Shown one piece after another: positions 1-8,572 of a DNA stretch of 32,000 nt. The notes below the pieces were generated by a model. It saw only the letters and a program-made list of their open reading frames with translations, did no database searches and was not told the origin of the DNA. Origin of the DNA: Pyrodictium occultum (GTDB taxonomy: Archaea > Thermoproteota > Thermoprotei_A > Sulfolobales > Pyrodictiaceae). Position 1 is the stretch's first letter, and the number at the start of each line of letters is the position of its first letter. Location: the NCBI RefSeq assembly GCF_001462395.1, contig NZ_LNTB01000001.1, positions 150,001 through 182,000 on the forward strand. Direction: 5' to 3'. The translations under genes and the position numbers were made by a program.

Positions 1-410
1 GTGAGCCCATACCCGTCGAGTACCTGACCCGTCAGGTGTGCGACCTGATGCAGGTCTACACCCAGCACGGCGGCGTGCGCCCCTTCGGAGTGACACTTAT
101 GATAGCCGGCGTGGACGAGGCCGGGCCCAAGCTCTACGTAGCCGAGCCGAGCGGCCAGTACATAAGCTACAAGGCCCACGGCCTGGGCCAGGGCGGTAGC
201 CAGGCAGTGGAGGTGCTCCAGAAGGAGTACCGCGACGATATGAGCCTGGAGGAGGCGATACTGCTCGGCATGAAGGCGGTCACAACCGTGATGGAGGGCA
301 AGCCGTCCACCGAGACCCTGGAGGTCGGCGTAGTAGAGGCCAAGACGCGGAAATTCAGAAAACTGTCTAAAGAGGAGCTCCAGAAGTTCCTAGAAAAACT
401 CGGTGCCTAG
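1..410 (+). CDS. psmA: 20S proteasome alpha subunit, C-terminal part (5' end lies outside the window)
   Basis: The frame is open from base 3. The translation ...[48 protein letters not shown]... is the conserved alpha-subunit core. TAG at 408-410. It sits at the head of the exosome superoperon. Confidence 0.9.
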   Translation, partial: EPIPVEYLTRQVCDLMQVYTQHGGVRPFGVTLMIAGVDEAGPKLYVAEPSGQYISYKAHGLGQGGSQAVEVLQKEYRDDMSLEEAILLGMKAVTTVMEGKPSTETLEVGVVEAKTRKFRKLSKEELQKFLEKLGA

Positions 411-415
411 CCGCT

Positions 416-1132
416 ATGACGCGCCGGGGCAGCAAGGGCGAGCACGAACCAGTCGTCGCGAGGCTTGAAGTCGGCGGCAAGCGTTTTGAGGTCCTCGTAA
501 ACCCTGAGCTAGCCTTCGAGTATAAGCAGGGTAGGCAGGTAAACCTTGAGGAGCTCGTTATAAGCGACGCCGTCTACACCGATCTCCGCCGCGGCCTCCG
601 AGCCTCCCCCGATCTTCTCCGCAAGGTTTTCGGGACAGACGATGTCGTGAAGATAGCTGCGGAGATAGTTAAGCGGGGCGAGCTGCAGCTCACGGCGGAG
701 CAGCGCAGGAGGCTCATAGAGGCTAAGCGCCGCCAGATCATAAACTACATCGCGCGCAACGCCATTGACCCGCAGACGAAGCTCCCCATACCCCCTGCTA
801 GGATAGAAGCCGCTATGGAGCAGGCGAGGGTCGGCGTAGACCCGTTTAAGAGCGTCGAGGAGCAGGCTCAGCAGATAGTGCGCGCCATAAGCCGGATAAT
901 CCCGATCAAGATAGCCAAGGCGCTGCTGCGCATCGTAGTGCCTCCAGAGTACTCGGGCCGTGTGGCCGGCTCTCTCTCCAAGCTTGGAGAGGTAAAACAT
1001 ATGGACTGGCGCAGTGACGGCAGCCTCGTGGCCGAGCTGGAGATCCCGGCTGGGCTGCAGCAGGAGGTTATGGACAAGCTAAACAAGCTCACCCGTGGTA
1101 ACGTTGATGTCAAGGTAGTGAGCGTGGTGTAG
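416..1132 (+). CDS. SBDS (Shwachman-Bodian-Diamond) family ribosome maturation protein
   Basis: 238 aa. The N-terminus [27 protein letters not shown] is typical of the FYSH/SBDS domain. It starts 6 nt after the psmA stop and occupies the conserved superoperon position. Confidence 0.88.
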   Translation: MTRRGSKGEHEPVVARLEVGGKRFEVLVNPELAFEYKQGRQVNLEELVISDAVYTDLRRGLRASPDLLRKVFGTDDVVKIAAEIVKRGELQLTAEQRRRLIEAKRRQIINYIARNAIDPQTKLPIPPARIEAAMEQARVGVDPFKSVEEQAQQIVRAISRIIPIKIAKALLRIVVPPEYSGRVAGSLSKLGEVKHMDWRSDGSLVAELEIPAGLQQEVMDKLNKLTRGNVDVKVVSVV

Positions 1133-1133
1133 C

Positions 1134-1856
1134 GTGGCGCGCATATATGTTCAACCCAAGTCGATAGTTTTGCCCGGTGACGTACTGGCTGAGGGAAATG
1201 ATGTGATAGTAGACTCCATATATATTGAGCGCGAGGGCAACACCTACTACGCCACAATAGCCGGCTTGGTGTCTGTGCAGCAGCTCGAGGACGGGAAGTA
1301 CAAGATAGGGATAATCCCGCTAGAGGGCGCCTATATACCGAGGCCCGGCGACATAGTCATAGGTCTGGTCAAGGATATTGGGCTGACCCACTGGGAGGTC
1401 GACATAGCATCCCCCTACAAGGGCATCTTGACGGTGCAGGAGGTTCTAGATAGGCCTTTTAACCCTGCCGTGGACAGCCTGGAGAGGTACCTCGATGTCG
1501 GCGACTATATAGTGGCTAAGGTTGTGGCCTTTGACCGTGCCAGGGACCCGCTCCTAACCATTAAGGGGAAGGGCTTGGGCCGCGTGGTGGAGGGCTCCAT
1601 TGTTGAGATTAAGCCCAGCAGGATTCCCCGCGTTATCGGCAGGAAGGGCTCAATGGTAAACATGCTTATGAGGGAGTCTGGCTGCGAGATAGTCGTTGGC
1701 CAGAATGGCCGTATACTTGTTAACTGCCCTAACAAGGACCTGGAGGAGATAGTTATTCTCTCTATAAAGAAGATTGAGGCGGAGGCCCATACAAGCGGGC
1801 TGACCGAGAGGGTCCGGGAGTTTATACGCAGTGAAAGAGCCCGTAGGGGTGTATAG
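1134..1856 (+). CDS. rrp4: exosome complex RNA-binding subunit Rrp4 (S1 + KH domains)
   Basis: 240 aa. GTG start 2 nt after the SBDS stop. S1-like GDIVIGLVKDIGLTHWEVDI and KH-like IPRVIGRKGSMVNMLMRESGCEIVVGQNGRI. Confidence 0.9.
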   Translation: MARIYVQPKSIVLPGDVLAEGNDVIVDSIYIEREGNTYYATIAGLVSVQQLEDGKYKIGIIPLEGAYIPRPGDIVIGLVKDIGLTHWEVDIASPYKGILTVQEVLDRPFNPAVDSLERYLDVGDYIVAKVVAFDRARDPLLTIKGKGLGRVVEGSIVEIKPSRIPRVIGRKGSMVNMLMRESGCEIVVGQNGRILVNCPNKDLEEIVILSIKKIEAEAHTSGLTERVREFIRSERARRGV

Positions 1857-1859
1857 GCC

Positions 1860-2630
1860 ATGGCTGGTGGTGGAGGCGAGAGACCCGTCCTCATACGCTG
1901 GGAGGAGCGGGATGGGCAGCGGGTGCCCGTCCGGCATGACGGCAGGCTGGCCGAGCAGCTGAGGTCGATAAGGATGGAGGTCGGCGTGCTAGGCAATGCT
2001 GACGGCTCCGCCCTGGTGGAGTATGGCGGCACACGCGTGCTCGCAGCGGTCTACGGGCCGAGGGAGGCGCATCCGCGCCACATGGCGCTTCCCGACAGGG
2101 CTATTATCCGCTGCAGGTACCATATGGCGCCGTTCTCTACCGAGGAGCGTAAGATACCTGCGCCGACCCGCAGGGAGGTAGAGCTCTCCAAGGTTATACG
2201 CGAAGCGCTCGAGGCCGTAGTCATTACGGAGCTGTTCCCGCGCACAGCTATAGACGTCTACATGGAGGTTCTCCAGTCCGACGGGGGCACGAGGACGGCT
2301 GCGATAACGGCTGCCAGCCTCGCTCTCGCCGACGCGGGTATAGCTATGCGTGATCTCGTAGCCGGTGTCGCCGTGGGTAAGGTTGACGGGGTGCTGGTGC
2401 TGGATATAGACGAGATAGAGGACAACTACGCCGAGGCAGACATGCCTGTGGCCATGGCACCCAACCTGGATAAGGTCCTGCTCCTCCAGCTCAATGGCGT
2501 CCTCACTCATGAGGAGTTTGTGAAGGCAATGGAGCTTGCCCGTAAGGGCATCCATGCAATATACAAGCTTCAGAAGGAGGCTCTCCGTAGGAAGTATGCC
2601 GAGGCGGTCCAGGAGGGCGGTGGGCAGTGA
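1860..2630 (+). CDS. rrp41: exosome complex exonuclease Rrp41 (RNase PH fold)
   Basis: 256 aa. RNase PH motifs are present: [42 protein letters not shown] and [24 protein letters not shown]. Confidence 0.92.
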   Translation: MAGGGGERPVLIRWEERDGQRVPVRHDGRLAEQLRSIRMEVGVLGNADGSALVEYGGTRVLAAVYGPREAHPRHMALPDRAIIRCRYHMAPFSTEERKIPAPTRREVELSKVIREALEAVVITELFPRTAIDVYMEVLQSDGGTRTAAITAASLALADAGIAMRDLVAGVAVGKVDGVLVLDIDEIEDNYAEADMPVAMAPNLDKVLLLQLNGVLTHEEFVKAMELARKGIHAIYKLQKEALRRKYAEAVQEGGGQ

Positions 2631-3601
2631 GCGTGACCCCATCTGCGCAGCCGGTGGTGCCTAAGCTAAAGCGCTACACTATGGAGACGCTTCTCTCCCG
2701 CGGCGTCCGGCTCGACGGCCGTAAGCTGGACGAGGTAAGGAAGATAGAGATAGTGCCCGGCTACGTGGAGCGTGCAGAGGGCTCGGCGCTGGTGAAGCTT
2801 GGGCAGACAGTGGTGCTTGCCGGTGTTAAGACCGATATAGTGGCGCCGTTCCCCGATACGCCTAATGAGGGCGTGCTGGTGGTCCATGCAGAGTTCGTGC
2901 CGCTGGCGTCTCCGACCTTCGAGCCGGGGCCGCCGGATGAGAATGCGATAGAGCTGGCTCGTGTTGTGGACCGGAGCCTCCGCGAGATAAAGGCGGTGGC
3001 TCTCGACAAGCTCGTGTTGGAGCCCGGCAAGCATGTCTGGAGGCTCTACGTAGACATATACGTGCTGAACCACGACGGTAACCTGTTCGACGCATCAATG
3101 CTGGCCGCTATGGCCGCGCTTCTCTCCGCTAGGCTCCCGGCGGCGGTGAAGACCGAAGATGGATACCGTGTGGACCGCAGCAGGTTCACTGGCCTGGTCC
3201 CCATAAACCATAGGGTGGTCACGGTAACCATTGCCAAGATCGCCGGGAAGCTGCTGGTTGACCCAACCTATGAGGAGGAGCAGGTGGCTGATACAAGGCT
3301 CGTGGTGGCGGTGAGCGAGGACGGCAGGATAGCCGGCATGCAGAAGACGGGCATGGGAGACCTGTCATACCGTGAGGTGCTCACGGCCACCTCTATAGCT
3401 CTCAACAAGGCCCCCGTCTACCAGAAGGCCCTGGAGGATATGGTGCTCCCCTACCGCTCCAAGCTAGAGAGGGAGCTAGGCGAGCAGGGCGGCGGGGAAG
3501 CCAGGCCGCAGCCGGCAGTGCACAGGGAGCATGAGGAGCCTGTTGAGGTCCAGGAGGTTGCTGAGGAGAGCGGGGAGGGCGGTGAAGAGTACGAGGAGTG
3601 A
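2627..3601 (+). CDS. rrp42: exosome complex subunit Rrp42 (inactive RNase PH fold) with an acidic C-terminal tail
   Basis: 324 aa. The GTG start overlaps the rrp41 TGA (GTGA at 2627-2630). RNase PH-like [40 protein letters not shown]. The tail is Glu-rich. Confidence 0.9.
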   Translation: MSVTPSAQPVVPKLKRYTMETLLSRGVRLDGRKLDEVRKIEIVPGYVERAEGSALVKLGQTVVLAGVKTDIVAPFPDTPNEGVLVVHAEFVPLASPTFEPGPPDENAIELARVVDRSLREIKAVALDKLVLEPGKHVWRLYVDIYVLNHDGNLFDASMLAAMAALLSARLPAAVKTEDGYRVDRSRFTGLVPINHRVVTVTIAKIAGKLLVDPTYEEEQVADTRLVVAVSEDGRIAGMQKTGMGDLSYREVLTATSIALNKAPVYQKALEDMVLPYRSKLERELGEQGGGEARPQPAVHREHEEPVEVQEVAEESGEGGEEYEE

Positions 3602-3624
3602 GTAGGGGCGGCCTAGGCGCTCCT

Positions 3625-3638
3625 CTATAGTCTTATAA
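3625..3638 (+). promoter_or_regulatory. TATA-box-like element upstream of rpl37ae
   Basis: CTATAGTCTTATAA is an A/T island in GC-rich DNA, 20-40 nt before the candidate starts at 3658 and 3676. Confidence 0.3.
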
Positions 3639-3657
3639 CCCTGGGCTTGCCAGCGGC

Positions 3658-3942
3658 ATGGTGGGTGGCTGGGCAGTGGCTAGGCGGACGCGTGCTGTAG
3701 GCATCGCGGGGAGGTTCGGCCCGCGCTACGGCTCCACGCTGAGGAAGCGCTGGAAGGACGTCATGGAGCGCCGCTATGCAGACCACGTGTGCCCCTTCTG
3801 CGGCACCCGGGGGCACGTTAAGAGGATAAGCGTGGGCGTGTGGACCTGCACCAAGTGCGGCGCCGTCTGGGCGGGCGGCGCTTACGTGCCCAGGACGGGG
3901 CTGAGCAAGACCTTCCCCAAGGTGATTATACGCGAGGACTAG
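3658..3942 (+). CDS. rpl37ae: ribosomal protein L37Ae (eL43), zinc ribbon
   Basis: AVGIAGRFGPRYGSTLRKR followed by CPFCG...CTKCG. The true start may be GTG at 3676, giving M-ARRTRAVG, which fits the family N-terminus and the TATA element at 3625-3638. Confidence 0.9.
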   Translation: MVGGWAVARRTRAVGIAGRFGPRYGSTLRKRWKDVMERRYADHVCPFCGTRGHVKRISVGVWTCTKCGAVWAGGAYVPRTGLSKTFPKVIIRED

Positions 3943-4033
3943 CCGCCCCGTGGCACCCGGCCTCCCGGGGCTTTAGCGGGGCCTCCGCTCCTGGGCAGCG
4001 GCTCTACAGGGTTCATCCGCCCCTCCAGCACGG

Positions 4034-4711
4034 GTGGCATCTCCTAAGGGGAGCGTCGTGGCGCGCACCGGTACCCCTCCCGGCGGCAGGAGCCTCATAC
4101 TCGTGACAACATCCCACCGGCCTACCCAGCGTGTGAGGAGCTTCGTGAAGGACCTGGTGTCGGTGCTGCCAGGGGCTGAGAGGCTCACCAGGGGGAAGGC
4201 CACGCTCCGCGACCTCTACTACGAGGCCGCTGCGAGAGGCGCTAAGAGGGTCATAGTGGTCTCCGTCTGGAAGGGCAACCCGGGCACTGTTAACGTCTAC
4301 CAGCCCCTAGAGCCCCCGGAGATGGAGCTGCGGCTCATGGCGCGGATCCTGCTCCGCGGCGTGCGCCTCTCCCGGGAGACCCCAGGAGCTCAAAGGGCCT
4401 ACGGGGCCCGTAGCCTCGGGGTCCACGTAGCCCCCTCCGCCGGCCAGGCCCTCCACAGCCTGGCGGACCTGCTCTCCAGGGCATTCCTGGCCCGCGTAGC
4501 GCTAGACTACGAGGAGGCGCTTGCCAGGTTCGACGTGGTAGCCGTTGTCAGGGAGGGTAGCCGCAGCCTGGCGGAGGTGGAGTTCCGCTGCAGCACGGGC
4601 CGTGCCTGCGGCCCCCTACTCCGCATAGCGGGGGTCGTGGACTATGACACGGGTGTCAGGCTGCATAAGGCTGAGGGGGCTCTCGGAGAAGCTGGCCAAA
4701 GCCCTGGCTAG
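4034..4711 (+). CDS. Brix/Imp4-domain ribosome biogenesis protein
   Basis: LILVTTSHRPTQRVRSFVKDLVSVLPGAERLTRGKATLRDL...VIVVSVWKGNPG matches the archaeal Brix pattern (TSR-P-x-R-x-R-x-F-x-KDL ... RGK). It lies in the conserved position after rpl37ae. The start is uncertain (GTG 4034 or an internal GTG). Confidence 0.75.
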   Translation: MASPKGSVVARTGTPPGGRSLILVTTSHRPTQRVRSFVKDLVSVLPGAERLTRGKATLRDLYYEAAARGAKRVIVVSVWKGNPGTVNVYQPLEPPEMELRLMARILLRGVRLSRETPGAQRAYGARSLGVHVAPSAGQALHSLADLLSRAFLARVALDYEEALARFDVVAVVREGSRSLAEVEFRCSTGRACGPLLRIAGVVDYDTGVRLHKAEGALGEAGQSPG

Positions 4712-4898
4712 GTCGCTGGAGACGGAGGCCCGCAACCCCCCGGACCCTGGCCGGGGCAGGGTGGTGGTGCGGGCGGGGCCCAGCGTGCTCGAGATATGCC
4801 TGGAGGCGCGCGACCTATCCTCCGCTAGGACGCTAGTAAACGCTTATCTTAGCCTCGCCGCCGCAGCTCTTGAAGCGGTTGAAGCGGTAGGTGGATAG
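4644..4898 (+). CDS. pcc1: KEOPS complex subunit Pcc1-like protein
   Basis: 84 aa. The pattern IRLRGLSEKLAKALARSLETE...LEICLEARDLSSARTLVNAYLSLAAAA resembles Pcc1/CTAG. The position between Brix and prefoldin beta is conserved in archaeal superoperons. It overlaps the Brix 3' end by 68 nt, so the start is uncertain. Confidence 0.6.
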   Translation: MTRVSGCIRLRGLSEKLAKALARSLETEARNPPDPGRGRVVVRAGPSVLEICLEARDLSSARTLVNAYLSLAAAALEAVEAVGG

Positions 4899-4900
4899 CT

Positions 4901-5278
4901 GTGGCCCAGCGGCTGCCACCGGAGATCGAGAACAAGCTCGCCCGGCTACAGAGCCTCCAGGCCCAGTACACTAGGATAGCCCAGGAGCGCGTCGCGGTGG
5001 AGAGCGAGATAGCTGAGACCCAGAAGGTGCTCAAGCTCCTCGAGGAAGCGGGCGAGGGCGCCCCTGTCTACCGCATGAAGGCCGGTATACTCGTGCGCGT
5101 GGACAGAGAGAAGCTCATCCAGGAGCTGAAGGATAGGCTCGAGATACTGGAGCTGAGGCTCCAGAAGCTAAAGAAGCAGGAGGGCGAGCTTAAGAAGCAG
5201 CTGGACAAGCTCGCTGGGGAGATAAAACAGATGCAGGCCCACCTAACCCTAGGCAAGCAGGGCGGCGCCGGCGGCTAG
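4901..5278 (+). CDS. pfdB: prefoldin beta subunit
   Basis: 125 aa coiled-coil protein. LQSLQAQYTRIAQERVAVESEIAETQKVLKLLEE...VYRMKAGILVRVDREKLIQELKDRLEILELRLQKL is typical of prefoldin beta. Confidence 0.9.
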   Translation: MAQRLPPEIENKLARLQSLQAQYTRIAQERVAVESEIAETQKVLKLLEEAGEGAPVYRMKAGILVRVDREKLIQELKDRLEILELRLQKLKKQEGELKKQLDKLAGEIKQMQAHLTLGKQGGAGG

Positions 5279-5296
5279 CCCCTCCACAGCCCCGGG

Positions 5297-5304
5297 TTTT
5301 TAAG
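5297..5304 (+). promoter_or_regulatory. TTTTTAAG: oligo-T terminator-like and/or TATA-like element after pfdB
   Basis: A T5 run lies 19 nt after the pfdB stop. Archaeal termination uses oligo-T. It could equally be the TATA box for the next gene. Confidence 0.25.
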
Positions 5305-5413
5305 CACCGCAGAGCCCGTCCCCGCCCGCGCCTCCCCCGGGGTGGAGCCGTGGAGGCATGCCGGCAGGCCCCTCAGCGGTGAACACGCACCGGTCCAGGG
5401 GATATCGGCCGTC

Positions 5414-5755
5414 ATGGCCCGTGTGGTCAGCGTAGGGCTCGAGAAGAAGCCGCTGAGCCCCGAGGAGCTCGAGAGGCTCCTCTCCGGCGTGGAGAGGGTC
5501 ATAGCTGAGGCTCTTGAGCGGAGGCTGCGCCGCCGGCTAGACGAGATGGACGTCATAGTTGAGGGCGAGCTCAGCCCTAACGGGAGGAGCTTAAAGGTCT
5601 ACATCGATGTACGTGTCACGGGTAGGCTGATAGCCCCCTTATCCTATGACGAGGTGGTGGCTGAGGCTATTGACGAGGCGGGGCGATGGCTCTACGAGCA
5701 GCTACGCTCTAGAGCAGCTGAAGGAGAAGACGAGGAAGATGCTGGAGCTGGCTAG
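5414..5755 (+). CDS. small conserved archaeal protein of unknown function (possibly DUF3194-type)
   Basis: ATG at 5414 (MARVVSVGLEKKPLSPEELERLL...) is preferred over the track start at 5342, whose first 24 codons look non-protein-like. Acidic C-terminus. The family name is from memory only. Confidence 0.5.
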   Translation: MARVVSVGLEKKPLSPEELERLLSGVERVIAEALERRLRRRLDEMDVIVEGELSPNGRSLKVYIDVRVTGRLIAPLSYDEVVAEAIDEAGRWLYEQLRSRAAEGEDEEDAGAG

Positions 5756-6737
5756 CTCCGCCGGCACACCTATAGTGGTTACAGCCCACCGTAACGCTGA
5801 CCCCGACGCCTTCGCCTCAGCCTATGTAGTGCGCGAGATCCTCCGCCGCCACGGCTACGACGCCCGGCTAGTGCTCCCCGAGGGGCTTAGCCAGGCTAGC
5901 AAGCGGGTGGTCCAGGCCATACTAGGCAAGGAGCCCGGCGACGTGGAGGACGAAGCGCCTGACGAGTCGGCGATGGCCGTAGTGGTTGATACAGCCTCGC
6001 CGGAGCAGCTGGGGGACCTGGCCAACTTTGCTCTCAACGTGATGCTGGTGGTTATAGACCATCATTCCTCCAACAAGCTTGTCGAGCGCGCAGCCCTGGC
6101 CATACACGACCCCTCGGCCCGCGCAACCTCCGAGCTAGTATACCTCATGGCCGTCCACGTGCTCGGCGTGGAGCTGGGCAGGGAGCACCTGGAGCTGCTC
6201 CTCTCCGGGATAGTCTACGATACCAGGCACTTCATACTCTCGAGTGCCCGCACGCTCAGGGTGTCGGCGGAGATGCTCGAGGCAGGAGCCAGCCTCGAGA
6301 GGGTGCTACAGGCCCTACAGTCGCCCCCCATGGAGCTGCCGGAGAGGATAGCCAGGATAAAGGGGGCCAAGAGGATGCATGCAGTCAGGGCGGGCGACTA
6401 CATAGTGGCCTTCACCCATGTCGGCGCCTACGAGTCTAGCGTCGCACGCGCTATTCTCGACCTCGGGGCTGACATGGTGATAATCGTGTCCGAGAGGGGC
6501 TCGGAGACCAGGGTAGTGGGTAGGGCCAAGCGAGGCGTGGTGGAGAAGCTCGGCATACAGCTGGGCCGCGACATAATGGAGCCCCTGGGGAGGAGCCTGG
6601 GCGGCGGGGGAGGCGGCCACGCCCAGGCAGCGGGCGCCTCGGTGCGGGCCAGCCTAGAGCGCACCCTCAGCGAGGCAGTGAGACTGGTGGAGAATATACT
6701 GAGGAGCCGCGGGCTACAGCCCGAGCCCATAACCTAG
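5646..6737 (+). CDS. DHH/DHHA1 family phosphoesterase (NrnA-like)
   Basis: Motifs HRNADPDAFASA, VVVDTASPEQLG, VIDHHSSN (DHH) and GGGGGHAQAAGA (the GGGH motif of DHHA1). The start is ambiguous: ATG 5646 overlaps the previous gene by 110 nt, ATG 5739 by 17 nt. Confidence 0.85.
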   Translation: MTRWWLRLLTRRGDGSTSSYALEQLKEKTRKMLELASSAGTPIVVTAHRNADPDAFASAYVVREILRRHGYDARLVLPEGLSQASKRVVQAILGKEPGDVEDEAPDESAMAVVVDTASPEQLGDLANFALNVMLVVIDHHSSNKLVERAALAIHDPSARATSELVYLMAVHVLGVELGREHLELLLSGIVYDTRHFILSSARTLRVSAEMLEAGASLERVLQALQSPPMELPERIARIKGAKRMHAVRAGDYIVAFTHVGAYESSVARAILDLGADMVIIVSERGSETRVVGRAKRGVVEKLGIQLGRDIMEPLGRSLGGGGGGHAQAAGASVRASLERTLSEAVRLVENILRSRGLQPEPIT

Positions 6738-6746
6738 CCCGGGGTT

Positions 6747-7167
6747 GTGAGCATGGTACGCAGCATGTCGGACCTAGAGGTCTACGTTAGAGCCTTGGGC
6801 CTTTCCTATAGCAGGGTTGAGGGCAGCCTGGTCCTGGAGTATACTGCGAGGGAGGGCGAAAGGATAGGGGTGGTGGTGAGCTATGAGGGGGATACCGGCG
6901 TAGTCCGGGTCGCGGCCCCGCTAGACGTGGAGCCCACCAGGGAGGGGGCTCCGGGTGTTGCTCGAGGAGAACTTCACTAGCACCACGTACAAGTATGCGC
7001 TGGACTACGAGGGCTTCATAACGGTAGTCTATGATCTCCCCGGGGACTATGTTGATAACGCGCGGAAGCTGAGGGAGGCAATACTCTATGTAGTCGAGGG
7101 CGCGAGGAGGGTGCTCGAGAGAACCAGGGAGGAGCCAGGCGGCGAGGGGGAGAAACCAGGCGGCTAG
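6747..7167 (+). pseudogene. YbjN-like (T3SS-chaperone-fold) small protein split into two ORFs (6747-6980 and 6955-7167) by a +1 frame change in a G5 run
   Basis: Deleting one G from the GGGGG run at 6944-6948 joins ...VRVAAPLDVEPTREG to LRVLLEENFTSTTYKYALDYEGFITVVYDLPGDY..., giving one roughly 139-aa protein with the two-half YbjN pattern. This could equally be a sequencing error. Confidence 0.45.
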
Positions 7168-7337
7168 CCCTTCTTTATGCCCGCAAGCAGCCTCTTGGGC
7201 CTCAGGTTCTTGCTCTTGCAGCGCCTGCACTTCTTAGCGCCAGGTGGGTTGAGGGCGCCGCACTTCCTGCACACTAGTTTGTTGAGCACACGCTGGTAGA
7301 CTATCTTCGCGACCTCAGGGTCCCGCGGGTTGGCCAT
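7164..7337 (-). CDS. rpl40e: ribosomal protein L40e (eL40)
   Basis: Not in the ORF track (57 aa). Hand translation gives [57 protein letters not shown], with the CxxC...CxxC zinc ribbon and basic tail of eL40. Confidence 0.85.
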   Translation of the reverse strand: MANPRDPEVAKIVYQRVLNKLVCRKCGALNPPGAKKCRRCKSKNLRPKRLLAGIKKG

Positions 7338-7361
7338 CGCTATCGCTCCCCGGGCCTCCCC

Positions 7362-8474
7362 TCACCACCCCCCCTTTAATAAGGCTGAGGCTAGTAGCCT
7401 CAGCTCCCCAGCCCTCCCGGCCAGCAGGACCGCCAGCGCAAGGGCTAGCTGGAAGGCCGTGACCGCCAGCAGCGTGTAGCCCCAGACCCCCAGGCCCCTC
7501 TGGGAGGCGGCGAGGAGCACTGCCCCTGCGAGGCTATAGCCCGAGATGACGGCGGCGGTGCCCATAGCGTCTCCGAGGAGGCTTGCAGCCAGCTTGTAGA
7601 GGCTGGTGTCCAGGAACGGGTAGAGCGGGATGAGCCAGACGGCCACGAAGCCGAGCCCGTGGAGGCTGTGGAGGAGGAGCGTGTAGACGGTGTAGGCGGC
7701 CAGGCTCGCGGCCAGCACCAGCCCGCTCCCAGCCCGATCGATGACCCTGCCTGCCAGGGGACGCGCGGCGGCAGCCATAAGCCCTGTAGCCGCGTTGGCC
7801 GCGGCGTAGCCCAGGTTGCCGGCCTCCACACTCAGCTTAGCCATGTATACCGAGCCTATTACCTCTGTCCCGGTGAACACGAGGCTGGAGAGCAGCATCA
7901 TGGCTGCCAGCGTTGAGCGCGAGGCATCCTCCCCGCTTCTGCGGGCAGGCCGGGTGCCCCCCGAGAGCAGGGCAAGGACCAGGTAGACGAGCACAACGGC
8001 CGCTCCCCCGGCCGCGACCACCCGGCCGGGGCCCAGAACCCTGGCCGCCAGGGGGGCGACCGAGCCCCCAAGGCTCCAGCCCAGCGTGCCACCCGCCAGT
8101 ACAACCCCTAGCCGGGAGCCGCTCCCGCGGGTAATGGTTAGGGAGTAGCCCAGCACCTGGGGGCCGGCCATGGACCAGAAGAGGCTAGCCAGTAGGGCGC
8201 TGGCCCAGAGCAGCAGGGGCCTATGGATGAAGACCCCCGCGGATGCCAGGAAGAGGCCCTCTAGGAGCCCCAGGGCGAGGGCGGTACGGTAGCCCCTCCT
8301 CTCCGCAACCGCTCCGCCGAGCAGCCCCACGGCAGTGGGAAGCGTCTCGGCGGCCGCAAGCCTCACTAGGAACCCGGGCTCCCCGCTGTACAGCTCCCTC
8401 GTAAGGGCGTAGTAGGCCGCCCAGCTCGCTATGTGCACCAGCTGGAGCACTGCTATGAGCAGCGTGCGCCTCAA
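7362..8474 (-). CDS. MFS-type transporter
   Basis: About 12 hydrophobic segments rich in Gly/Ala/Leu. The track ORF extends to 8603, but its first 43 codons are Arg/Pro-rich and collide with the divergent gene. TTG at 8474 (LRRTLLIAVLQ...) is a likelier start. Confidence 0.75.
   Translation of the reverse strand: MRRTLLIAVLQLVHIASWAAYYALTRELYSGEPGFLVRLAAAETLPTAVGLLGGAVAERRGYRTALALGLLEGLFLASAGVFIHRPLLLWASALLASLFWSMAGPQVLGYSLTITRGSGSRLGVVLAGGTLGWSLGGSVAPLAARVLGPGRVVAAGGAAVVLVYLVLALLSGGTRPARRSGEDASRSTLAAMMLLSSLVFTGTEVIGSVYMAKLSVEAGNLGYAAANAATGLMAAAARPLAGRVIDRAGSGLVLAASLAAYTVYTLLLHSLHGLGFVAVWLIPLYPFLDTSLYKLAASLLGDAMGTAAVISGYSLAGAVLLAASQRGLGVWGYTLLAVTAFQLALALAVLLAGRAGELRLLASALLKGGW
7375..7382 (-). 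promoter_or_regulatory. TATA-like TTATTAAA upstream of rpl40e
   Basis: 38-45 nt upstream of ATG 7337, embedded in the last codons of the MFS gene. Confidence 0.3.
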
Positions 8475-8572
8475 CCCGGCCCCATGCCCTCGTCTGCCCC
8501 TCGGGCCGCGCCAGGGCCCCCGGCGGGTATTCAAGGTAGTACGTGGGGTGTGAGTCCTAGTAGAGGGGACGA

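Noticed and set aside
509-2642. Several minus-strand ORFs (509-1000, 868-1257, 1505-2032, 1989-2642) antisense to SBDS/rrp4/rrp41
   Set aside because: The opposite strand encodes unmistakable conserved proteins. The antisense translations show no motifs.
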